A stretch of DNA of 64,000 bases. Origin: Podarcis erhardii. Its lineage: Eukaryota. The translations under genes and the position numbers were made by a program. Location: NCBI GenBank assembly GCA_964252035.1, contig OZ176203.1; one strand, written 5' to 3'. Below the pieces are notes generated by a model. That model saw nothing but the letters and a program-made list of their open reading frames with translations, did no database searches and was not told the DNA's origin. Positions 41,650 through 54,244 of the stretch are shown in pieces. Position 1 is the first letter of the stretch; every line of letters begins with the position of its first letter.

Positions 41650-42399
41650 CTGGGATCTTAATGTTGTAAGAAAAAGAAGAGTAATGTATAATATCATGAA
41701 AATTCCTCACCCAAACTGACACCCACACCCCACCTTCAGTTAATCACCAAAGGGCAAACACACAGTATAGTGAAAGACCAGGTTAACTTTTGATTATAAG
41801 CCCCCCTCCCATCACCCACCCATGGTAACTTTTAGTCAGAAGGAAATGATCTTTGATGGATCACGTCATACACAGTCACTGACGGTACCTTAGCACAACT
41901 TATGGAAATATACCGCTTTAACAATCTTTCCAAAAAAACCAACAACCCCACACCACCGATTTTACCCATCAACTTCCTTAATACCTTCAAAATTTAAAGA
42001 CACTGGTGAACAGTGATGAACACTCTCCTCCGTTTTTTAAGTTCATGCTTTGTCTCCCTCCTACATGCTCTCATAGATAAATGATTAATGTCCACATATG
42101 GTTTGCAAGGGCCACACAACACCCAATACCTAACCAAGGCACTGGTGGTGGTTGTTTTCAAGTGGCAAGTTCCCAAACACCAAGTCTGGGTGGGGTGGGG
42201 ATTTACAACAAATAAATACAATAAAATCTCTTATGCCAGCTACATTCAATATACCTACAAGTTAGCAACCTGGAGCGATATTTGTAGATATGTATTCTTA
42301 AAGTGTGGTTTTTAAGGGGGAGAAAGAGGTGCGGGGGAAGGAAAATCCAAAGGAAAACGTTGCTAGTTTTTGTAGATCCCAACTCTCTCCAAGGTCAGT

Positions 42400-43700
42400 T
42401 TCAAGCAGCAGCGAAGTCCCCCCTCACGGGGAATGTCGGAGGGGTCGGGGGTGAAGAAAGAGGACCCCCCAAAAGCAGCCCCTGACGAGTCTCTCTGGCC
42501 CCCTCACTTTGTTCCCTCTCTTCGCCGAGCCTCCCGTCCTCCTTCAGGCACACGCCATCCCTCGGCGCAGCCCGCCGTATTAAATCCCAGCAGTTTTCCT
42601 GGTTCCGGTTGCTCGTCGGGCGCTTTCTGTCCCTCGCAGCAACAGCAGCGGCGGGCGCCGCCGCCGCCACACGGCACTCTCCCTTCCTCGGAGCCTCGTC
42701 CCCCGCCCGGAGCCTCAGGGGCGAGGACTGCAGCAGCACAGCCAACAAAGAGGACGGGACGCCGCTCCCCACCACAGTCTGTGCCGTCGCTGGGGCTCCG
42801 CGGGGAAACATGGGGGGCTAATCCGTCCCGGAGGGGCCCGTCGTCGCCGCCGCCGTCTCCTCAGCAGCAGCAGCCCCGCTGCCCTCGCTCATCGCTCTGC
42901 CCCGGTGAGGGGCGTGCGGGGGCGGCGCTCGAGGGGCCGGGCCGGGCGGCGCTAGGACCCGCCCGCAGCCGAGCCCTCCTCGGGAGGAGGCGAGCGAGTG
43001 GGCAAAGAGCTCGTGCAGCCGGCGGCACCGCGCCTGCGTACTGTGAGGGAGGAGGGGGGCGCCTGTGTCTCTCTGTAACGGTGCTAAGGTTCAATTCCCT
43101 TGACATTACCCAATCAAAGGTGAGCGCGCGACTGCGATGGGGGGGGGGGGAGTCAGGAGGAGGAAAGAAAAGCCCAAGCTGACAACTTAGTAAGGCTCCC
43201 CCCCCACACACCCCGCCCAACTTTAAGAATTCTGGGGGCGGGGGAGGAGGGGGCAGTTTGTTGGTCCTCCAGTTCCTGACTGATAAGGATATAGGCCAAT
43301 AAGAGGACGGAGAAGGACTTCCGGCGCTGGGGGGGGTGTTTTCCCCCTCCTCCCCCGACTGTGATTCATGAATCGGGCCGAGGGAGCCAAAGGAACTTCG
43401 TCTCCGGAAAGTAGACGCGGGTCTGTGGGAGTGAGGAAAGCAGGTGAAAGAGGACCGAGGAGGCCGGCGGAGGGCGGTATGATAGAGACAAGGAAATGTA
43501 TCCGGTTTTTGAGGCAAGGGAGGCTCATGGGAATAGGAATAGGCACCGCCTCGGGGGGAGTCTGGATACGGAGTGTTACGTAAGGACCTCTGCGTGTTTC
43601 TTTGCTCCGAAGCAAGCCCTTCCACTCCGGATTCAGTAGCGTGTTAGCAGGCCTACCCCACCCCGGCCATCGTACTGGTTCAGGTTCCGCGGGCAGTTTA
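42400..43700. promoter_or_regulatory. CpG island, likely CBLB promoter and non-coding first exon
   Basis: Abrupt rise in GC and CpG content just 5' of the first coding exon; GC-box-like GGGGCGGGG near 43235; CCAAT at about 43111 and 43296. Confidence 0.85.
42508..43000 (-). other. CBLB: Candidate non-coding exon 1 of CBLB (5' boundary unknown)
   Basis: AAA|GTGAGG donor-like site at 42507 at the 3' edge of the CpG island; inference only. Confidence 0.35.
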
Positions 43701-43812
43701 ATCCTAAACACATTTGCTCAGATACAGATAGGTAGCCGTGTTGGTCTGCCATAGTCCAAATAAAACAAATTCCTTCCAGTAGCACCTTAAAGACCAACTA
43801 AGTCAGTTCTTG

Positions 43813-43850
43813 GTATGAGCTTTCGTGTGCATGCACACTTCTTCAGATAC
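43813..43850 (-). ncRNA. Minimal type I hammerhead ribozyme motif
   Basis: Same sequence as the 40600-40637 motif. Confidence 0.72.
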
Positions 43851-43895
43851 CATCTGAAGAAGTGTGCATGCACTTCTGAAGATACTTCTGAAGAA

Positions 43896-43931
43896 GTATC
43901 TGAAGAAGTGCATGCACACGAAAGCTCATAC
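43896..43931 (+). ncRNA. Hammerhead motif with 2-nt deletion in stem II, probably impaired
   Basis: GUAU-CUGAAGA-A-GUGCAUGCACAC-GAAA-GCUC-AUAC; stem II no longer closes next to GAAA. Confidence 0.5.
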
Positions 43932-46438
43932 CAAGAACTGACTTAGTTGGTCTTTAAGGTGCTACTGGAAGGAATTTGTTTTGTTTTGACATTTGCTCAG
44001 AGTTGACTTGACGCTCTTCCCAGGCCCACTCAGCCTGCAGGGCTTCGCTTCGCATTAGGATTGCGGGGCATGAAAAATGCAGCAAAGCAACTCGACCTCG
44101 GGAGCCTTTACTCAGAGGTGAGTGCCGCTGAGGTCAAGTGGGCTTGCTTCCCGAGCAAAAGTTGCACGTCAGTTTTCAACATTTCCTTCCCTCCCATCTG
44201 TTCCAGGCGACATCAGGCTGCCATCCTGTCGACATGCCCTAGGGAGTAAAACCCACACGAACTCTCAGCAGTGCCTACTTCTGAGGAAACAGACATGCAC
44301 AACCTTGTGTGCCGCAGAAATCACCCTAGGTCTGCCTGTCAATCAATGGCTGAGGTCTCCTGCGCATCGACTTGGAAGTAAGCCCCACTAAATTCAGCAG
44401 GGCAACTTTAGAAGTGTGCGCTGCACAAGTTTCACTGCTCCCCATAGAACAGCATGCGTGGTTTCTCTCCCCCCCCCCCCGTGTCTCTTTTTACTTGATC
44501 TCGCCCACCAAAGTTAATAGTGTGTGAATTCAAAAACGGCACTTTGAAGCAATGTGTTTAACTCGCAACAACCCAGAGTTAGATTAAAGTGCCAAAAGGG
44601 TGATTAAGGAGGGGGGAAATGTTTTCATTTAAAACATAATCTGTGATATTAATGTTGCTTTCTTTGAGTTAAGAATCCATCATAACAAGTAATCAGTTTA
44701 CTGTGAGATCCAGTTGATACCACAGATGTTGACCATTAGATGCCAAAGAGTGCCATTGTCACATTTCCATGTGTTATGGTGTTCTAGACCAAAACCAGGT
44801 AAGTGAAGCTCTGGGCTCTGGGGAGGAGGCACAAGGGCTCTGACAGGATCCTAGAGTCCTCACAGCTCCCTCTCAAAGCCTAGTTTGCACTTTCCCAGCT
44901 TTGGGAAGGAGGTAGGGGGGCTCTTGAGACCTTGCTACACCCTTGTTCCTCCATCCCAAAGCCTGGCACCCAGCTTAGTCAGCTTTGGGAAGGCAGAGCA
45001 AGGGCTGGTTTGTGTGTGTGTGTGTGTGTGAAATTTGGCCTTGCTCCCCACCCCCCTAGACTCTTGTCAGTGCAATCTATGCATATTCACTGAGAAGTAA
45101 GTTCCACTGTATTCAACTGTGGTGCTTGCACTTAAATGAATTCACATAGGAATGTTTGATACCTATATGTATAAACCTGCATTTTTCTAACTAGTACAGA
45201 GGTGCCTTAACAATTCAGAGATACACTTCGTGCTTCCACCTTAGCAAGGAAACAGCATACAAATGGGGATATGCAGTGGGGGGGGGGAGAGAGTAAATTT
45301 AAGGAACCACAGAAAGAGGGGGAGGGAAGTTGAGGCTTGATATGTAAGGATTATTTTTGTTGAAATGTTTGTTATAAATGAAAATCATAAATAAAAAACT
45401 TTTTAAAAGGAAGCAGCGTGCAAATCACTTATTTTTAGGCCTTTCTTGCATGTGCCAATTGCAGATTTTTGAATGTGTGGGTTAAGTACCCTAATAATTT
45501 TGACTCCACCATAAACTAGTCAAGGAATATCAAGTATTTCTATTATATTGGGTAAATTCATATGAAGAAAAGGTAAATCACTTACCAGTACATTTTAGGG
45601 ACTTCAGCATTCATCCCTTTTTGTGCTTCTGTTTCTCTTGAATGCATTACCAAAAACAGTTTATGGAATTTCATTCTGACAAGTGTGAATAAAAATCAGC
45701 TAAAAGAGGGCTTTAAAAATATCTTCATCCCTTCAGAGAAACTAAATCTTACTTGGTTTAAGCATAAGCTTCATATAGCCTGGGAATAGGATTCAAAGCG
45801 TTTAGATCTGCTGTGTAGATGTAAAGGAAGAACTTCATCCTTCAATGTTTATTTCAAAATGTGTTATTTCCTGAGAGAATAGCTTTCAGCACTTTGGTGA
45901 AACTCTCATTTCTTGTCTAGGGGAAATTATTTCCAATCTTCAGCTTGCTGTTTCTGTAAGAAAAATTTGATCTCTCTTGGCTGTCTCAAAATGTTTTAAA
46001 TTACATTTGTTCTTCAGTATACGGAATATTTGTATAACTCAGTCTTTTAAAAGAGAACATATATAGTAAATCTTTTACTGTGCTTGGAAGTGTTGATATA
46101 ATCTGACTGTATCTCACTAACAATAGTAGCTGCTTTAATGGTAGTTAGAGCTCAAAACTTCCACCCACTGGAACTCTCCCCTGCTTTTTGTAGATATAGG
46201 CCACAACTTGTAACTAATAGAAAGGAATTCAACCTGAATAGCAGTACACTTACTAAAATAAAGAGGGTTATTGTAGCTTTATGAGTTATCCAAATACATG
46301 TTTAGTTTCCTAAAACAAAAACATTTCACTAGCATGTATAGTTTTTAAACAACAAAAAAGAGCAGCATAACATGTTCTGGGCTACAATGCTAAAAACAGT
46401 TGCTAGGGAATAAACTCCACATCTGCTGGCATTGCTCT

Positions 46439-46479
46439 GAAGAAGAAGAAGAAGAAGAAGAAGAAGAAGAAGAAGAAGA
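46439..46479. repeat. (GAA)n microsatellite
   Basis: Read directly. Confidence 0.95.
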
Positions 46480-49400
46480 CGGCCAAGCCCTGAGAAGAGA
46501 ACATTTACAGTGTCTCTGAGCCCTGCCCCAACATTTGGGTCCAGAGGCCTTTCTTTTCAGTAGCATTCAGAATACTGGGCAGATGAAAGTGTACCCCTAC
46601 CCATCCAATCCTACCACCCATTCCCATTTGTACATACTGCCCCTTGGTGAGCTCTTTTTGAGGTGGGGGACATAAGGTTAGTGGCCAGGGAGGGCACCTT
46701 GCTCAAATTTCTCAGACTAGACACTGACCCAGGCTAACTTTACTTAGCTGCCAAAACCAAAGGAATAATCTAATGCTGCAGCTAATGGCACATGTTCGGC
46801 TGCACAATAATGCAAGCAGGGTGAAACAACTTGTTTCACATGGCAATATGAGGGTGGCAGAATTGAAGGCAGGAATTGTGTGTGAACTGAGATGCAAGTC
46901 TTCTTAATGTGAAGGCCCTAGTTGGGTAAGGAGAGACAGCCACCCTTTGGACTCTGCTTCAGGCATCAATATACCTCGGGAGGGTATTGCTGGAAACAAA
47001 GGGCTTGCACTAAGGTCTGGTTGAGCAGGAAGACTTCGCTTTCATACACACACTGCTCCAAAAAGAAATCCCCTTACAAGACATCTTACCTACACTGCAG
47101 ATGAATGTGGATTCTGACATTCCTTTGGCTCAAATATGCAAGTGCTGCTCACACACTTGTACATAAATACTCATGTAGGCACATAAAAACACACACACCT
47201 GCACACGTATACTAACATATACTTAAAAGTGCACAAATACAAAGTTGGTGATGAGTGAGATGGAACAAGGGGAGGTGAGCCTTTGCTTGCCTCTTCTACA
47301 TACGCACACATGCATAGCTTGGGCAATTAACTGGCTAGATGGTGCTTTATCTTAGAGTGCATCTGTATCTGCAGGCCAAAGTGTGCTCCCTTCCATTACA
47401 ATAACACACCACGGAGAGCAGTAAGTTTACATTGAGGCTATAAAAGTACAGGCTCCTTGAGAGCACCTCCCTTTTAATTTATAACATAAAAATGTGTCAA
47501 CTTAATTTCAAAACATCTTTGCCCCTGAGGGAATACTTTTGTATTCATTGCCGTGTCGTTTCTTTTAATAATTCCATTCCATCTGCTGAAGCAGGTGCAG
47601 AGGGCTCTAACCAAGATGTTGCAATGCATTCTGATGCCTCACACCGCCTCTTTATTTTGTCAAGTCTTCCTTGGAATGTCACAGAAGCTTCCATCACCTG
47701 TAACTGCATTCACTACTCAGAAAACTCTTAAGTGGTGCATAAACATTTATTTCATATTATATCTATATCTATCTATCTATTTATATATTCTTCAATATGG
47801 TAAAATGAAATTTTGACCTTGCATTTATTTTTAAATAAAATATTGAATGATTTCAAAATGTTTCAGTTTCAGTGATGCAGAGTGGCAGTTTCAAATTCTT
47901 TCTAGTTTTCACTCTGACTAATATTATGATGCCGCTCAGCCCTTGCTAACTCTCCTTTGCACTCTTTTTTTTTGATGAACTTAAGATGCAGCTCTTGTTA
48001 TTTTTCAGAATTTAATGCCCAGTTACACATAATTAGTTTCTCTGAAGTTACCAGATGCAGGATTTCAGTTCTGCTTTTAAAGTTTCATTTTAAAAAAAAA
48101 ACAAAGTACACTGGAATGAAACCTGTTACTTGTAAGAAGTCCTACTGGCATCATTGGTTGCAACAGTTATGTTTTATCTGAAATTATAATTATTTCTGTC
48201 TATATTAAATACATTACTGGATATTATTTAATGGGAATCATTTGTATTCAGACTTTCTGTGGCAGTGAATGCGTAGTCTACAACATGAATGAACTCCCTC
48301 CCTCAAAAAAAGACACCAAGTTGCATGCAAACTAGTCATTTTATAGTGCTTCTGCAGAAAGCAGAATTACATTGCTTAAGAGGATAGTAACATGCAATGT
48401 AAAGGACATAGTTGAAATTTGTGCAGCTCTAAGGAATATAAAATGAATGGATGTATTTCCAAAACATTAAATTGAAGGATAATGTACCATAACGTATTAA
48501 AAATGTGTAATAGCCCTACTGGTCTTGTGGGGAGAAATAGTCTGGGGTGAGGGGAAATGTATACTTATGTGCAGCAGGCTGTAGATCATCCTATTCAGCT
48601 TCCATAGCACTGTTAATTAAAGTGATTTTATATTTGAAGCAAATGGCTGAACATGTTGCATATCTGGAAAGCTGTTTTAAAGCTATGGGTCTACCTGCCC
48701 TAGTGGTTTTCCATGAAGCTCTTAGATGTATCAGTTAGAGAACCTTCCTTGAAAAAAGGAGCTTGTCCACTGCTGTTTCTATACACTTGAAATATGTGGC
48801 CTTTGGGAATGTTCCAGAGCACATTTTTTAGTTCATGTAGGACAGTAGTAAGGCAACTTGTGATTGGCCAGTATCCCACACAAACGCATGAATCTTCTGC
48901 AAAGGTTCAATGGCTGAGGTTCAGGATTTGCCAAGTCAACATTGAACGTTGAAACTTTAATTTGTAGAAAGTGTGAAAACCAAAGCCACTGAATATTATT
49001 TACCCTAGGATATTTGGATAAATTTATTGCACTGCCAAATTATTAGGACCACTGCTGGGTGGTCTTAGGTAAATCACTGCCTCATATTCAACCCATGCAG
49101 ATTCATAAGATGTAGATCACAAAGCACCTTTCACAATCGAGAGCGATTCAAAACATTTGCAAATTGAATGACCACATGAAAAAGAATGAATAGCATTTAT
49201 GAATACAGATTTTCATTACTGGGATCCAAAGCCATTACATTCAATCAATGGTTTGCTGTTAGCCAATGTGTATGAAGGGAATATGGCCCGCCCCAGTTCC
49301 ACTGCACACACCAGCCAATTCTAATTCCAACTTTCCTGCATTGAGCAGGGAAGTCGGAAGAGTTGTATTTCTAATCATGTTCAGTTGAGCACACTTACAA

Positions 49401-51044
49401 ACCTGCCTACAATCAACAACCATGATAGGGCAGGGTTTCTGGTTACAGGGAGAGCGGTTGGAGCAAACAGGGATATTGTTGGGATTTCACATTATTGGGA
49501 TGTGAAATTCTCTGAATGAGTTCCTGTGTTTGGGAGTGGATTTGAAGCAAACACCTAGCAGAAGGTGTGGTGCATTTGAGGCCTGCAGCCAGTATATTAA
49601 TATTGATTAAGGATTAATCTTCCCTTTTAGGGTTAAGCAGTTCATATTTATGCAGCTGGCACCCAGCAAAATGATTTTACAACTCTATAAGCCACAGAAC
49701 AATGTTGTAAATTTGTTCTTCAGCTTTTTACACATGCCAGAATTTCACTGGTTGTAGCATTTGCCCCCAAAGCTCTCTTCACCCAATCATGTCACAAAGA
49801 GTCCAGAGTCAACATTATTACTTACACTGTGTCTTAACAGCATCAAGTATTGTGCTAAGCAAAGGCCAACATTTTCTTTAGTTCTGGTGTAGAAACGAAG
49901 TCTTCCATGAAATGAGTTCTTCGTTATCACAGCTAACAGATTACACTGGGAGGTTTGTCAGTACAGACTGTAAAAATGCATTCTGCAGGTAAGGCACTTC
50001 CTTAGAACAAGCATAGCTTAGCTGTTCACATCCTGTGAGGATACAGTGCTTGCAGCTGTGTGACAGTTGGGCACAATCTAGCTAAACTGGATTACTTGAG
50101 TAAGTCTGATTTGTTTCAGAGGAAGAATAGTTCCCTGTTGCTGCTTAAAAGCACAATCCTATGCACGAGAGCAAGCCCAATCAAGCTCAGTGAACTTATT
50201 TCTGAGTAGATGTGGACTGTCAATCTCTCAAAAGTCAGAGTAATTCTATATATTTTTCAGCTTAGAGTTTTGATCAAATTTTGACCATCCACTGGGGGGG
50301 GGGGACCCCCAAACCCCCCACAATTAAAAATTCAAATACCACATTTTACAACCTGAATATCAGAATGTTTGCATTGCAATATGACATGACAGTTTGGGAA
50401 CCCGCTTTATTTTATTTTTTTACCGTTCATTTTCAGTTCTAGGAACTGAATGAATCCCCATCCATATAAAAACGAGAAACTTTTTCATCTGCTAAGACTT
50501 GTTGAAGTTTATTTATTGAGTCCCACTTAAAAGTTTGGTAATGTTGGTCAAAATAATTCCCTGGAACTTTAAAATCACGTGGATTTTTGGCCGTCCTAAA
50601 TATAAAGCTGAGTCAGATCCTTAAGAAAACTCTTCTAAGGTTAAGCCCTTAATTAGCCAGCCAAATGACTCAGTGCCATCCATCCGTCCCTCACGGAGCT
50701 GTTATGATGGAAAGAACTGCTTTTGATATCCGTATACTAATGTCCCTGAACAGCAGTGACATAGCTTTTTCAGGATGAATGAAAGGACAAACTGCAGAAA
50801 AAAAGAGTGTGCCAGCAACGGCCCATATCCAAAGAACAGCAACGTCCTTGGGCACTAGAAGGAAATGGAGCAAAAGAACGAATTTGGTGACAATAAGCTA
50901 AGTTGCAAAAAGAAAATTGCACCACGTCAGCCATATTGACACCATGACTAAGCTCCTGGACATGGACCTTGGTAATTAAGGTTTCTTTAGAAGACCTTTG
51001 CCTACATTTCCATTCAATTAAAGTACAATTGGGGGAAGGGTTGT

Positions 51045-51202
51045 ATGTCAGTGATAGTATATTTGCTTTGCATGCAGAAGGACTCAGGTTCAATCTCCAG
51101 CATCTCCTGGTAGGCTGAGAGAGATCCCTGTCTAATATCCTGGAGAGGCTCTACCAGTCAATGTAGACAATATTGAGCTGGATGGACCAATGATCTGACT
51201 CA
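51045..51202 (+). mobile_element. tRNA-derived squamate SINE (Squam3-like)
   Basis: TGCTTTGCATGCAGAAGG...CAGGTTCAATCTCC B-box; GATGGACCAATG tail. Confidence 0.7.
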
Positions 51203-51554
51203 GGTTCCAGTGTTTTTAAGGTAGCTGAGAAAAAGCAATATGATCCATTGTTCCCTGTGACCTTGGTTTACATTAAGTTCCACTTCTCTCGGCTGACTCA
51301 CGTTGAGCTAGATAGGAGAATAAAAGTGGCTGCCCAGCCGAAGTTGCTCCTGTTGTGGCAGGGAGATTTCTACACTAGAATCAGTCCAGGCCACCAAGCT
51401 TACTTCTAGGCCAAGCGTGTGGTACACTACTGTCTGCGCTCCAAAGATCTAGTCTTCTGTGGTGGAGAATCCAAATGGCTTCTTTCCCTGCAAAGAACTG
51501 GAAAGTTCTTGGACATTTTGCCCTGCTACTGACTGCAAACTAATCTGAGGTCAC

Positions 51555-51630
51555 AGAACAGAATCATAGAGTTGGAAGGAACCCTAAGGGCCATCTAATT
51601 CAACCCCCTGCAGTGCAGGAGTCTTGCTCA
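51555..51630 (-). mobile_element. CR1 3' end fragment
   Basis: AGAATCATAGAGTTGGAAGG...CAACCCCCTGC. Confidence 0.7.
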
Positions 51631-51889
51631 CAAGCTGGCCCTGGGTGGGCTCAAACTGCCAGCCTTCTGGTTAACAGCCAGACACACTGACCCATAACGC
51701 CAAGTACCAAGTTTTCTTGCCCTCCCTTACAGCATCTTCTGTAACATGAAGAAGAGGCTCTGAAGGTAAGGTCAAAAGTCAACCTTGACTCTTTCCTGAA
51801 TTTTGTGTCATATACCATTAGCTTACCCCAATCCATTTATCCCACTTGCAGCCTGATGTCTCCTGCCAGTGACTGACAATTTGCCATTC

Positions 51890-51891
<2 letters not shown>

Positions 51892-51937
<46 letters not shown>

Positions 51938-52583
51938 TTATACCCCACCCTCCCCGGTCAGAGCCTGGCTCAGGGCACCTAAGGTAAAGGGACCCCTGAC
52001 CATTAGGTCCAGTCGTGGACGACTGGGGTTGTGGAGCTCATCTCACTTTATTGGCCGAGGGAGCCGGCGTACAGCTTCCAGGTCATGTGGCCAGCGAACC
52101 AGAGCAGCGTACGAAAATGCTGTTTACCTTCCCGCTGGAGCGGTACCTATTTATCTACTTGCACTTTGACGTGCTTTCGAACTGCTAGGTTGGCAGGAGC
52201 AGGGACCAAGCAACGGGAGGTCACCCCGTGGTGGGGATTCAAACCGCCGACCTTCTGATCGGCAAGCCCTAGGCTCTGTGGTTTAACCCACAGCGCCACC
52301 CGTGTCCAGTAAAATTACAGTAAAAACATAATGGGGGGGGGCAATTTAAAATACAGGTTAAAATGCAATTTAAATGCAGCCTCATTTTAAAAGTAGCCCA
52401 TAGATCAAAACCATAAGGGGAGGAAAACCTAAGGGTCAGACTGAGTCCAAACCAAAGGCCAGGCGGAACAGCTCTGTCTTTCAGGCCCTGCGGAAAGATG
52501 TCAAGTCCCGCAGGGCCCTAGTCTCTTGTGACAAAGCGTTCCACCAAGTCGGGGCCAGTACTGAAAAGGTCCTGGTCCTAGTT
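51892..52583 (-). mobile_element. L2 3' fragment with (TTA)n tail, interrupted by a SINE
   Basis: (TAA)15 plus L2 terminus at 51892-51980; L2 3'UTR and ORF end resume at 52308. Confidence 0.75.
51981..52307 (-). mobile_element. Sauria-type SINE nested in L2
   Basis: Minus-strand head GGACACGGGTGGCGCTGTGGG...GGTTTGAATCC; tail GGGGTCCCTTTACCTT. Confidence 0.88.
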
Positions 52584-53929
52584 AGCACCCCAAAGTGACC
52601 ATGTCACACAGTAAGGTCAGTCCTGCTAGTATCACCTCTAGGGAAGAAGCCACGTTTCGGTATATACATTGATTAGCATGGCACCTTCTGATTACTATGA
52701 TTTTTTGTGGTGCTGTGGTACAATAAAGGAATTTTGTAGAGAGAACTTCTGGTTCTTCAACAGTAAACCAGAGGTTAAAATTTGACTCATTAAAGAGGAA
52801 CTGGACAGACAAGAAAGCTGGGCAGTGCTGTTTTACTTCCTCTATTAAAATGTGTTTCCTCTTTTCTAGTTCCTCACCTGCAGTGTTGAGGGAATTGAGG
52901 GAAAGAAAATGAAGTTCATCGCCTGCTTACCAGAATATACTCATTTTTCTTGCTCCAGTAGCCCAAACATTTGTGATAATGTTTCTGCCTGCCAAGCTTG
53001 ATCCAGTATGATAATATGATCATTAGCTTCTGTGGTTGAGAGTTATGAAGAAGCATACTTTGCAAAACCTGTTAGGCCTGGTTTAAGCATAGCACTATGA
53101 TTTATTAAACCACGGTTTAGTGTTATATGTCAAGTTTGTCCAGTGGCTTAACTATTCTTCGCTTACTGCCAGCACATCACAATCTGAAGGCATTGTCTGT
53201 TTAAACTGATATTCATGCTACTATTGGGGATATATTCTTCCCTTTAAGCACTATATTCATTTTAAAAAACATGACCACTGAGTTGTACCAGCCAACCGCT
53301 CCTTTCATAAACATTGATTAACGCATATCGTTTGTTCTTATCTGTTTATTTTTGCTGTGTCATGATTTAAATTAAAAGGCAGCATATATTACCCTAGTAC
53401 TGAACTGAACTGAAGTTGCAAGTCTTAAACTGAAGACCAAGTGAAAATTGCTTTTACGTTGTAAAAAGACAAGTGATTGTTGCAGACAGCTCAATAATAC
53501 TAAAAAGGGTGTTGGTAATGGGTCACACTTATTTGATTTGGATGACTAATATTTTGAATTTTCAGCAGGCTGGAAGGGTATTAGTTCCAACCGTGGCTGC
53601 TGGTGATTCATTTGTATCCCTCCAATTCTTTGCGTTATTTTTACTAATTAAAAACCATAGAGCATCATTCATATTTTATCAGCAACATAGATTTTAATAC
53701 ATAATTCATTCTGAGAAATGTTTGCAGAATTTTGTATTTGTGTATTTGTGTATGGAGGTTGGTGGTCATCACTACTTACTTCACAACAGTTAGAGTAGAA
53801 CTGTCATGGAGTTACTCATGTACTTTTAATTTTTAAAAACCCTTGTACAAGGGGTAATTTCCTCACCTTTTTTGTTTACTTTAAAAATGTCATTAGTCAG
53901 ATCTATTGACATAACTAAAGTCAACATTT

Positions 53930-54170
53930 CAAGGTTCAGGTTTCAACCCATAATGTCTTATGCAGCTCAAGGCCACAATACCTCAAGCGCAGCCCCTCAG
54001 CGCATGAACCAGGATGGACCCTTGGCCACTTCATCAGAGGCAATTCTCCCTGTACCTCATCTCAGAAAGATGTGGAGAGTGGTGACATGAGAACATGTTT
54101 TTTTCCAGTGGCATCTCCCTATTTGTGGAATGTTCTTCCCAGGGAAACATGCCTGGCACCATCACTTCAT
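53930..54170 (+). mobile_element. Old L2 3' fragment
   Basis: Degenerate similarity to the end of L2 ORF2. Confidence 0.55.
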
Positions 54171-54244
54171 CAATTCATTATTTTAGTCTCTTCTGTGCTG
54201 CTCATTTTTTGGTGGGGCAGGGTTTGTTCTGAAGGAGTGTCTCC

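Larger units (their letters stand above)
43723..43988. mobile_element. Penelope-like element-derived palindromic insert (copy 2), opposite orientation to copy 1
   Basis: Same arm sequence as copy 1 with the long arm on the left; rearranged centre; 13-bp direct repeat ACATTTGCTCAGA at 43710-43722 and 43989-44001. Confidence 0.82.

Noticed and set aside
41994-42221. ORF start (YLFVVN...WCLG) faintly like a recalled alternative human Cbl-b N-terminal extension
   Set aside because: Begins with TTG, similarity is weak and from memory, and I found no convincing in-frame junction.
42433-43711. Long ORFs of 162-254 aa on both strands of the CpG island
   Set aside because: Low-complexity Pro/Arg/Gly/Ala content typical of stop-poor GC-rich DNA; no recognisable domain.
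49481-49511. NF-kB-like motifs (GGGATTTCAC; also GGGATTTCC at 56405)
   Set aside because: Short motifs expected by chance in 64 kb; needs conservation or ChIP data.
51633-51701. tRNA-like stretches here and in SINE heads
   Set aside because: Degenerate, no full cloverleaf; SINE-derived rather than tRNA genes.
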